This document shows, in pieces, positions 9,401-16,367 of a DNA stretch of 64,000 nucleotides. The position numbers were made by a program, and so were the translations under genes. Within the stretch, counting starts at the first letter, position 1, and the number at the start of each line of letters is the position of its first letter. This stretch comes from Dehalococcoidia bacterium (GTDB lineage: Bacteria > Chloroflexota > Dehalococcoidia > Bin125), in assembly GCA_965203995.1 (NCBI GenBank), contig OZ241962.1:1610311-1674310 (forward strand), in the 5' to 3' direction. The notes under the pieces are model-generated. The model did no database searches. It was not told where the DNA came from and was given only the letters and a program-made list of their open reading frames with translations.

Positions 9401-9577
9401 ACCGGCGAACTCGACCGCCGCGGTCTGCCGGTTGGCCTATCCTTCGCCCCCGCCACTCGTCTCCTGGCTGGCTTCCCCATCGCCGTCGGCAACTACGAAA
9501 TGAGCTACACAGCCACCGACCCCAGCACCGGAGAGTCCTCCACCCTCCACTTCACCATCCGCGTCCAGCAAGAGTAA
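6488..9577 (+). CDS. Secreted subtilisin-like serine protease (S8) with a proprotein-convertase P-domain, fibronectin-III domains and three C-terminal Ig-like repeats.
   Basis: Start chosen at the internal ATG that gives the signal peptide MNSVLRRARLPLMAALLILGVFSIAVAAAQA. Catalytic triad motifs AIIDDGM (Asp), HGTLVAG (His) and GTSAATPIVAG (Ser). P-domain-like segment ...NLNISLTSPSG...GEWTLTIIDAYG.... Repeats ISYRLVTE(S/R)GT..RR(F/Y)(R/Q)GLPLWL(T/S)FDP(K/A)TRTLSG occur three times. Confidence 0.85.
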   Translation: MNSVLRRARLPLMAALLILGVFSIAVAAAQAPDSPPAAPTIDSLTPGDKSITVAWSPPVDADAVTAYDLRYIRSDAGDKSDGNWTVVDNAWTTGGAALSYTISALDLAVYYDVQVRAGNAAGDGEWSVTAKQITSCGPPAEGIADPLFPCQWNLHNTGQFGGTPGEDINVLPAWEVTLGEGVGIAIIDDGMVVDHEDLVDNIDLDLSHYYREDGTWRGRHGTLVAGTAAARDNDLGVRGVAPRAQIYAWGPAHDLEGELTTDALNRSSRFAAVINISLSTPPFFSQFLQASDAWINAIELAVSQGYNGKGSVIVKGVGNGGPGEQVNDDGETNHYGIVAACAVTNHGDRASYSEPGANLWVCAPSSDNLELGRLVGAPSTLPSGYDTGFGGTSAATPIVAGVAALVRSANPDLTWRDVKLILAGSARKNDPTNRHWVLGALEYGSGTQRYSFNHEYGFGVVDAGAAITLAQNWQNLPPFREQSVSSTETPVDIPKESGTTYGTLSSSISLGSYVQFTEFVAVSIDIEHADSSNLNISLTSPSGAVSTLSNPLSSARQTSGGSPWPGEVRFGAASHLGENPAGEWTLTIIDAYGRYDGVLKSWSITVYGHGRLPYIPIAAELAHVDGGEIMIDWTAPSPDAGEAPIQSYDLRYRKLGGDWTTVQNVWTSANAGPLQHRMSGLTDGARYEFQLRAANSAGAGDWSAAQTSAFPPLSFGAQTVADLEHTIGETHDPLILPQATGGSGDISYRLITERGTNNRRYQGLPLWLSFDPATRTLSGNATVLGEYGMRYEATDAENGQTVSLRFTINVVEPAPQPDAVAPSFGDATIADQRFTINQDNQVQFPEATAAGEISYRLVTESGTSDRRFRGLPLWLTFDPKTRTLSGGAAVPGAYRMRYEAVDESNHAVAALRFTIHVGSPPVESVDRFFGTSTVPTQDYTVDEWITPIVLPEAWARGRRASFEYELTVETSTGELDRRGLPVGLSFAPATRLLAGFPIAVGNYEMSYTATDPSTGESSTLHFTIRVQQE

Positions 9578-9603
9578 GTCCCCTCCCTCCTTTCCCGTCC
9601 CCG

Positions 9604-9685
9604 ATTCATTCGGGGACCCGCTCGGTTCCCCCCTCCGGTCCCCTCTCCCCGAGGGAGAGGGTTAGGGTGAGGGCTCCCTCCCCAG
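9604..9685. repeat. REP/MITE-like repeat, copy 3, full length.
   Basis: TTCATTCGGGGACCCGCTCGGTTCCCCCCTCCGGTCCCCTCTCCCCGAGGGAGAGGGTTAGGGTGAGGGCTCCCTCC, followed by the G/C hairpins CTCCCCCCCTTCCAGGGGGGAG and GGGGGTTCCCCC. Confidence 0.7.
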
Positions 9686-9877
9686 CACAGGCCTGCTGAG
9701 GACCCCTACTCGCTCCCCCCTTCCAGGGGGGAGCTGCCGAAGGCTGAGGGGGTTCCCCCAACTCCCCAAGATCGCCCTGGAATCAGAACAGCAGTGCAGC
9801 CAACCACAGGAAAGCACTCGCACAGACCAGAAGTCGAAGCCAGGAATGACGGGAATGGCAACCGGCTGACTACCCAC

Positions 9878-10327
9878 TCACACCCGCAGCAACGGCCGAT
9901 CCGGCGACTCCGGCCTCGGACCCAGCGTCTGATTCAGCGGGTCGGCAATCAGGTCCAGTGTCTCCATCACGACCTGCCCGACCAGCGCCTCGGCCTGCTC
10001 CGGCACCACGATGCAGTCCGTCGACATCTCCCGATCGCCAATCCGTATCGTCAGCGGCCCCGCGACCGGTAGCTCGCCGCGCCGCCCGTCGGCGTAGGTC
10101 GTCGCGATCGTGCGCCTGATCGGGATACCCAGCCGGTCAACGACCTCGTCGGGCAGCGCCAGCATGACGGCGCCGGTGTCCGCCACGGCCCGAACCGCTT
10201 CGCGTCGAACCGCTTCTTCGGCGAACGACCCCGCCTCGGCCAGTTGTCGGTCAACCGGATTCTCCAGCTCGATCTCCACAACAATCTCACCCACGACAGC
10301 CTCCGAACACGATGCTCCCGACCCCAT
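9878..10327 (-). CDS. Retropepsin-like (clan AA) aspartic protease family protein, about 150 aa.
   Basis: The aspartic-protease catalytic motif D-T-G-A occurs in VRAVADTGAVMLALPDEVVDRLGI, with a C-terminal ...ETLDLIADP... segment as in small bacterial retropepsin-like proteins. Confidence 0.5.
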   Translation of the reverse strand: MGSGASCSEAVVGEIVVEIELENPVDRQLAEAGSFAEEAVRREAVRAVADTGAVMLALPDEVVDRLGIPIRRTIATTYADGRRGELPVAGPLTIRIGDREMSTDCIVVPEQAEALVGQVVMETLDLIADPLNQTLGPRPESPDRPLLRV

Positions 10328-10456
10328 CCTACATCCCCGCCCCACCCCTCAGAGAAACCAAGTAGAATGAACGTACCAACCCGCCGCGAGCAGCATCCCC
10401 CCAACCGAAACCCAACCAGAACCCCCAACACCCACCCAGAGCATGACAAAATCCAG

Positions 10457-10544
10457 CCTCACCCACCCAAATCTGACCTCACTCACCCAAATCTGACCAA
10501 ATCTGACATAACCAGACCAAAATTCAGCCAAATTTCCAGCCCAC
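10457..10544. repeat. G-free direct repeat, copy B.
   Basis: Near-identical to 4836-4924. It lies about 370 nt upstream of the CoA-transferase gene in a G-depleted region. Confidence 0.8.
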
Positions 10545-10916
10545 AACCCCCCCCTCCCCCGATCCGCCCCGAAATTCCTCCCCGATTCGGCTCCCCCTCC
10601 TCGCCGGCCCCGCGTCCCCCAGTTGCGTAACGTCCAGGCAGAACGACCTCTGAATGCAAGGCAGCCGCCGATGAGCTGGCAAGCCGAGTTGGAGGAGATG
10701 CAGCGCCGGGCCGGGCTCGCGCGCCGGCGCCCCGGCCGTCATCGCCGCCGATGGGCATCTCAACGTGATGGTCGATGTCCTCCGCGATGCGCAGTCCTGC
10801 ATCGCCCAGAATCTGAGCCCCACCGCCCGGATTCCCTGCATGCCCTGAACCCGCATGGCTAGTATGCCAACGCGCCGACCGGATGCGATCAGGCTCATCG
10901 GAAAGGCGGCTACCTG

Positions 10917-13298
10917 ATGTTGCCGTTGAACGGGATCCGCGTGCTGGATCTGGGCGACCAGCGAGCCGCGCTGGGCGGACGGATGCTCGCCGATCTCGGG
11001 GCCGAAGTCACGCTCATAGAACCGCCCGGCGGCCAGGCCATTCGCCACGTCGCACCCTTCGTCGACGACCAGCCCTCACCGGAGCGCAGTTATCAGCATC
11101 TCTACTTCAACGCCAACAAGCGCTCGCTGGTCCTGAACTGGCGTACCGACGACGGCTGTTCGCAACTGCTGGAACTGGCCGAATCAGCCGACATCCTGAT
11201 CGCCTCGCATCAACCGGGCGACTTTCCGGTCGCAGAGCTCATGGCGCGAAATCTGCACTTGATCGTCGTCTCGGCGACACCCTACGGCCTGCGCGGCCCC
11301 AGGTCGGCCTGGCGAGCAACCGATCTGACCGCGACGGCTGCAGCCGGCTTGCTGCAAATCAGCGGCGAACGAGACGATCCACCGGTTCACGGCGCAGCCA
11401 ATCCCGCCTACACGATGACCGGGCTGACCGTCGCATCGGCCGCGATGACGGCGCTGCACGGTCGCGATCGCACACCTGGCCAACCCGGCGTTCACATCGA
11501 TATCTCCATGCAGGAGGCCACATCGTTCCAGGTCGTGCAGACCTCGAATCCCAACACCTGGCGCTGGCGCGGTGAGGCGCCCTATCGACCGGCGCTCTCC
11601 CAGGTCATTCGCTGCGCCGACGACCGCTGGATGGCCTGCAACATCTCGCCCAACAAGCTGCCTGAGTTCATCGCAATGCTGGACGAGGCCGGCGTCGAGC
11701 ATGAACTCGATGCCGACAACTGGGAAGTGATCCATCGCGGCGACCGGGCAGCCTGGCAGTATCTGGAGAATCCGCTGCAGGATCTGGCCGTCAAATTGGC
11801 TGCCGTCTGGCCGCGGCAGAAGTTGCTCGAACGCCTGTGGGAGGCCGGCGTGCCCGCCATGCCTACGCTGCGGTTCAGCGAGTTCGCCGAGAGCGAACAC
11901 TATCCAAACTCGGGCCAATTCATCAGTGTCGAGACGCCGGCAGTTGGCCGGACACTGAGCTGTTCGCGCAGCCCGCTCGATCCGGTTCAGTCGCCGTTGA
12001 CCATACGTCCGGCGCCAACGCTCGGCGAGCACGACGGGGCGACGACGTCCGCGCGGCGTTGGTCGTCGGAAACGCCGGTCGCCTTCCCCGACATGCCGCT
12101 CGCAGGCATTCGCGTACTCGACTTGACCTGGGTTGCAGCCGGTCCGTTGACGACGCGGTTGATGGCCAACTTCGGGGCCGAGGTGATCAAGGTCGAGTCC
12201 AGCGGCGATCGCATGGATCCGGTGCGAGTGCAACCAGTCAAAGGCGAGTTCCACGTCGATCTGCCCGACCTCTTCAACGACGTCAACACGGGCAAGAAGT
12301 CGGTAGCGATTGATCTCGCCAGCGAGCGAGGCAAGAACCTGCTGCGCGAACTCGTCGCTCACTGCGATGTAATGGTCAACAACTTCTCGGGCGGCTCGCT
12401 CGCGCGCATGGGCTTCCCCTGGCAAGACCTACGGCAGATCAATCCTGGCCTGATCAACCTCCACCTGCCCGGCGTCGGCGGCGATAGTCCTTGGCGGCGC
12501 CTTCGCACACTGGGCAATCTGCTCAAGGCGGCATCCGGAATGAACTTCCTGATGGGCTTTCCTCACCAACCGCCGCGCGGCATGGGAGTCGCATACCCCG
12601 ACTTCACCGCGCCGCACATCGGAGTGACTGCGATCCTGGCCGCTCTGCGGGCGAGAGAGTCGTCCGGGGAAGGACGGGAGATTGAACTGAGTCAGCTCAG
12701 CGCAACGGTCTCCCTGCTGGGCGCGCAATGGATGCAGTTCGACCGCATTGGCGCAGACCTGCCAAGGGTCGGCAACGCCGATCCCAACATGTCCCCGCAC
12801 GGCGTGTTTCCCAGTTTGGGTGACGATCAATGGGTTGCCATCGCCGTGGAGAGCGACGATCGGTGGCCGGCAATGGCTGAGGCCATCGGGCGGCCGGAAT
12901 GGGCCGGCAATCCCGGCTTCAACTCGCTCGCGGGTCGCCGGTCGGAGAACGAACAGATCGAGTCCGCAGTCTGCGCATGGACGAGTTCGCTTACCAAGTG
13001 GGAAGCCGCGGAGCGGTTGCAAGCAGCAGGGATCGCCGCCAACGCGGTCGAGGACCTGCGCGACATGATGGATCTGGACGAACACTTCCGCGATCACTAC
13101 CAACGGGTCGAACAACCAACGCATCCCGGATTCGGCATCTGGATCGACGGAGCGCCTTGGGAGTTCGCGCACCTCAAGCCGCGAACGCTGGAGCGCGCGC
13201 CGATGCTCGGTGAACATACGCAACAGGTGCTCAGCGAGCTTCTGGGCATGCGAGAGTCGGAAATTGCCGAGCTGGTCGGCGAAGGTGTCGTCGGTTAA
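10917..13298 (+). CDS. CoA-transferase family III (CaiB/BaiF-type) protein with two tandem CoA-transferase domains, 793 aa.
   Basis: Two copies of the family signature: MLPLNGIRVLDLGDQRAALGGRMLADLGAEVTLIEPPGG at the N-terminus and MPLAGIRVLDLTWVAAGPLTTRLMANFGAEVIKVESSGD at about residue 400. Confidence 0.85.
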   Translation: MLPLNGIRVLDLGDQRAALGGRMLADLGAEVTLIEPPGGQAIRHVAPFVDDQPSPERSYQHLYFNANKRSLVLNWRTDDGCSQLLELAESADILIASHQPGDFPVAELMARNLHLIVVSATPYGLRGPRSAWRATDLTATAAAGLLQISGERDDPPVHGAANPAYTMTGLTVASAAMTALHGRDRTPGQPGVHIDISMQEATSFQVVQTSNPNTWRWRGEAPYRPALSQVIRCADDRWMACNISPNKLPEFIAMLDEAGVEHELDADNWEVIHRGDRAAWQYLENPLQDLAVKLAAVWPRQKLLERLWEAGVPAMPTLRFSEFAESEHYPNSGQFISVETPAVGRTLSCSRSPLDPVQSPLTIRPAPTLGEHDGATTSARRWSSETPVAFPDMPLAGIRVLDLTWVAAGPLTTRLMANFGAEVIKVESSGDRMDPVRVQPVKGEFHVDLPDLFNDVNTGKKSVAIDLASERGKNLLRELVAHCDVMVNNFSGGSLARMGFPWQDLRQINPGLINLHLPGVGGDSPWRRLRTLGNLLKAASGMNFLMGFPHQPPRGMGVAYPDFTAPHIGVTAILAALRARESSGEGREIELSQLSATVSLLGAQWMQFDRIGADLPRVGNADPNMSPHGVFPSLGDDQWVAIAVESDDRWPAMAEAIGRPEWAGNPGFNSLAGRRSENEQIESAVCAWTSSLTKWEAAERLQAAGIAANAVEDLRDMMDLDEHFRDHYQRVEQPTHPGFGIWIDGAPWEFAHLKPRTLERAPMLGEHTQQVLSELLGMRESEIAELVGEGVVG

Positions 13299-13626
13299 GC
13301 GCCGTTGCCTCGCCGACCGAGCAATTCATGCACGGCTCGCCGCGACAACGCCGGCTATCCGAGCGGTTCGACGAGCGCTCCGGCCGGCGCAGCCAGATCC
13401 TGAGCGCGCTCGGTTCCGGCGCCGTGGATTGAGCGCTCAGCTATGCGCGCGTTGTCAGCCATCCGCCAGGAGCCGTCATCGGTGCTGTCGTTGACGAGTC
13501 GCGCGAACGGGCGCATCAGTCCCAATAGACCTTGCCGCCCAGGTCCGTTGAGAGCGTCTCCTGATCGACTCTGAGGACGTTGATGCCTAGCATCGCTGTC
13601 CCCCTCGCAGTACCGTGCCGCGCTGC

Positions 13627-15306
13627 TCATCGCAGGCGGGCGCTGGCAACGATCGTACCGCGGTTGGTTGGCGGCATGGAGTGAGCGACGCGCGGATATG
13701 GAGTTGGCGGTGTGGTGCCGTTTGGTAGGCCAGAGTTGGCGAAATATCGAACAGAAGTCTCTTCCTTCGTGACTCCGTCCGAGGGCATCGGGACTGTGTA
13801 GGTCAGCGTCGCCTGATCGCCGACGACTTCGATGTCCTGGACGAAGTTGCGAATCAGCGCCTTGCGCTCGGGGATCGTTCCCTGCTGGAGGAACTCGCGG
13901 AAGTCCGCCACGTAGGCCTTGATCTTCTCGGTGCTCGGCAATTCCACACGGCGATTTTCGAGTTGGCGGCTCAGGTCTTCCTGCGCGGCCATCAGTTGTT
14001 CCTCGCGGTGCCGCATCGAGTAGATGCGGGGCGACAGGACTTCCATCGTCAGGTCGCTGGTCTCCAGCGCCTCGTAGAGCCGCGACAGCCGATTGCGCAC
14101 GTCCTCTAGCTCACCTTCGACCGCTTTGAGCTTGCCGCCCAGCTCACCGGCCGCTTCGTCGACTTCTTCGGCGACCAGCGTCACCAGTTCCGTGATCGTC
14201 TCGTCGGTGAGAATGCGCTCCTTGATCTTGTCAACCACGAAGCCCTCGACCCTGGGTGCGTTCAGGTAGCGCGACTCGCATGCGCCGGCGCCCTCGCGCA
14301 TCAGCTTGCTGCAGACGTAGTAGGCGAACTTACCGCGCCTCGCTCCCTGAATGCTGAAGGGACTGCCGCAGACCCCGCAGCGCAGTAGTCCGCTCAGGAT
14401 GAACTTGCTGCCCACTCGCGCCGGCGGTCGCATCGCGGGAGCGCGCTCACGCATCGCCTGGCCAACGGCGTCGAACAGCTCGCGCGAGACGATGGCGGAC
14501 CAGGCATCCTCTACCCGGACCGGATCGGACGCCTTCTTGCCCTTGTTGGTCTTGCCCCAGACCGCCGTCCCCGTGTACGCCTCGTTGACCAGCAGCTTGT
14601 GGAGGCTGGCTCGCTGCCAGCGTCGTCCCCTATTGGTGATCCCCCTCTCGTTCAGGTCGCGGCAGATGTCCTTCAGGCCGTGGCCGCGCAGCGCCTTGTC
14701 AAAGATCTCTCTGACCACTGGAGCCGCGGCTTCGTCAATCTCCAACTTGGGTCGTTTCTTGGCGCCGTCCTGCACCTTCACGCGCCGGTACCCAAACGGT
14801 GCGATGGGCGCCATGAAGAAGCCCCGAGACGCGGCCTCGCGCATGCCGCGACGGACTTCCTGCGCCAGGTTTTCGGAATAGAACTCGTCCACGCTCTCGA
14901 TGATCGCCTCCATCAGGCGGCCGGTCGGAGAGTCGTCGGCGTGTTCGGTGATGGACGTGACCCGGATGCCGCGCCTGCGCAGCATCGACTTGAACGCGAC
15001 GGCGTGTTCGCGCTTGCGAGTGAAGCGCGAGAATTTCCAGACCAGGATCTCTTCGAAGGGCGCGTTCGTCTCGGAGGCTTCGTCGAGCATCTTGCTGAAT
15101 TGGGGTCGGTCAGCGACGCGCCCCGACTCCGCTTCGTCGATGTACTCGCGGGCGACGACATAGTTGTGTCGCTCTGCGAAGTCGCGAAGAGCGCGAAGTT
15201 GGGCGGCGACTGAGAGGTCGACATCCTGTCGCTCGCTGGACACTCTCGCGTAGAGCGCGACCGGGGTTCGTTGGGTGCTGGTTTCCATTGTGTGTTCCTT
15301 CCGCAT
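13627..15306 (-). CDS. Large serine recombinase/integrase (resolvase catalytic domain, recombinase domain, zinc ribbon, coiled coil).
   Basis: N-terminus VALYARVSSERQDVDLSVAAQLRALRDFAE... has the catalytic Ser-Arg core. Zinc-ribbon Cys pattern CGVCGSPF...YYVC. A long C-terminal coiled-coil region. 559 aa. Confidence 0.9.
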   Translation of the reverse strand: MRKEHTMETSTQRTPVALYARVSSERQDVDLSVAAQLRALRDFAERHNYVVAREYIDEAESGRVADRPQFSKMLDEASETNAPFEEILVWKFSRFTRKREHAVAFKSMLRRRGIRVTSITEHADDSPTGRLMEAIIESVDEFYSENLAQEVRRGMREAASRGFFMAPIAPFGYRRVKVQDGAKKRPKLEIDEAAAPVVREIFDKALRGHGLKDICRDLNERGITNRGRRWQRASLHKLLVNEAYTGTAVWGKTNKGKKASDPVRVEDAWSAIVSRELFDAVGQAMRERAPAMRPPARVGSKFILSGLLRCGVCGSPFSIQGARRGKFAYYVCSKLMREGAGACESRYLNAPRVEGFVVDKIKERILTDETITELVTLVAEEVDEAAGELGGKLKAVEGELEDVRNRLSRLYEALETSDLTMEVLSPRIYSMRHREEQLMAAQEDLSRQLENRRVELPSTEKIKAYVADFREFLQQGTIPERKALIRNFVQDIEVVGDQATLTYTVPMPSDGVTKEETSVRYFANSGLPNGTTPPTPYPRVAHSMPPTNRGTIVASARLR

Positions 15307-15507
15307 CCATCGACGGTTAGCCTGATTCTATGTTCGAAACATGTTATCCGAAGTGCCCCTGCAGCCACACTCCCTTCGTCCACATGCGCGGCCGTAACCT
15401 GCTGACGGTGTTCCTGCGAAGACGGTCTGGACCGAACTGCGGAGACAGCCGACAACCGGCGCATCGAAGGAAAACGGGTATGGTTGTTCCAGTCGGAGGA
15501 CTGAGTC

Positions 15508-15849
15508 ATGGTCACAGAGGCGGAACGAACGACACAGGCCAGTGAGTACCAGCTGCGGCAAATGTCGGATCGGATCGTGGAGCACTTCCAACCCGAGCAG
15601 GTATTCCTGCTTGGCGGTCGCGTCACAGGACAGGGCCAGTGGGTCGAAGTGGAGTTGTTGGTCGTACTGCCAGGTGAGTGGGACTACCGGGAGAAGTCGA
15701 CCGAGATCCAGGAGTCGCTGGTGGGCTCAGGGATAGGCAAGTTCGTCCACCTGAGCACGCCGGCGCTGCTCAAGGAGCGAAGTGAGGTAGGCGGCTCTAT
15801 GGAGCACAGCGCTCTCTGCGAAGGTCGTGTTCTGTATGAGCGCCAGTGA
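15508..15849 (+). CDS. Minimal nucleotidyltransferase (MNT)-like protein, putative antitoxin of a HEPN/MNT pair.
   Basis: Motif resembling the nucleotidyltransferase motif G[SG]x9-13Dh[DE]h (Glu replaces the usual Asp): QVFLLGGRVTGQGQWVEVELLVVLPGE. It overlaps the downstream HEPN gene by about 20 nt. Confidence 0.55.
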   Translation: MVTEAERTTQASEYQLRQMSDRIVEHFQPEQVFLLGGRVTGQGQWVEVELLVVLPGEWDYREKSTEIQESLVGSGIGKFVHLSTPALLKERSEVGGSMEHSALCEGRVLYERQ

Positions 15850-16261
15850 CGAAACGCGCATCGCGAGTCGCTGGCTGAGCTACGCGGAAGAGGATTTGCA
15901 GGTTGCAGACTGGCTCCTCGCTGAACCCGAACTCGCACCGCGCTACACATGCTGGCATTCGCAACAAGCGGCCGAGAAGGCGCTCAAAGCTCTCCTGCTA
16001 TTGGAGACCGGTGATTACAAGCCGACCCATGACTTGCACGAACTGGCAGATCTCCTACCGAAGCCGTTGGCAGAACGGATTCCTCGCCCACGCCTCTCGC
16101 TGTTGACGCAGCTATACATCGAGTCCCGTTATCCGGGGAGATATGCCGAGCCAACGTCAACAGAGGCGTTGACAGCCACGATGACCGCTCGCGCTGTATT
16201 CGATGCCGTCGACGGAGAGTTCCAGCGGCTCGGGGTCGCGTCCGAGAGGTCGGACGAATAG
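15827..16261 (+). CDS. HEPN domain protein, putative toxin of a HEPN/MNT pair.
   Basis: Classic HEPN helix CWHSQQAAEKALKALLLLETG...THDLHELADLL and ...ESRYPGRY... with the R-x4-6-H-like motif region. Confidence 0.7.
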   Translation: MFCMSASDETRIASRWLSYAEEDLQVADWLLAEPELAPRYTCWHSQQAAEKALKALLLLETGDYKPTHDLHELADLLPKPLAERIPRPRLSLLTQLYIESRYPGRYAEPTSTEALTATMTARAVFDAVDGEFQRLGVASERSDE

Positions 16262-16367
16262 CGCCCCAGACTCGAAAAGTCTCCGCTAATCGCAGTGGCT
16301 CAGTCGGCGCCCTTGGGAGAAGGAGACCCTGGCGTACCCTGCTCCACGACAGGGAGGGGGAGCAGGC

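Noticed and set aside
11184-12425. A 413-aa minus-strand ORF inside the CoA-transferase gene.
   Set aside because: It is antisense to a gene with strong family signatures. It has no motifs and a junk-like composition.
15307-15507. The ATGTT-CGA-AACAT inverted repeat as a serine-recombinase att core.
   Set aside because: A 5-bp arm is too short to distinguish from chance. It is mentioned only as a place to look when comparing with empty-site genomes.
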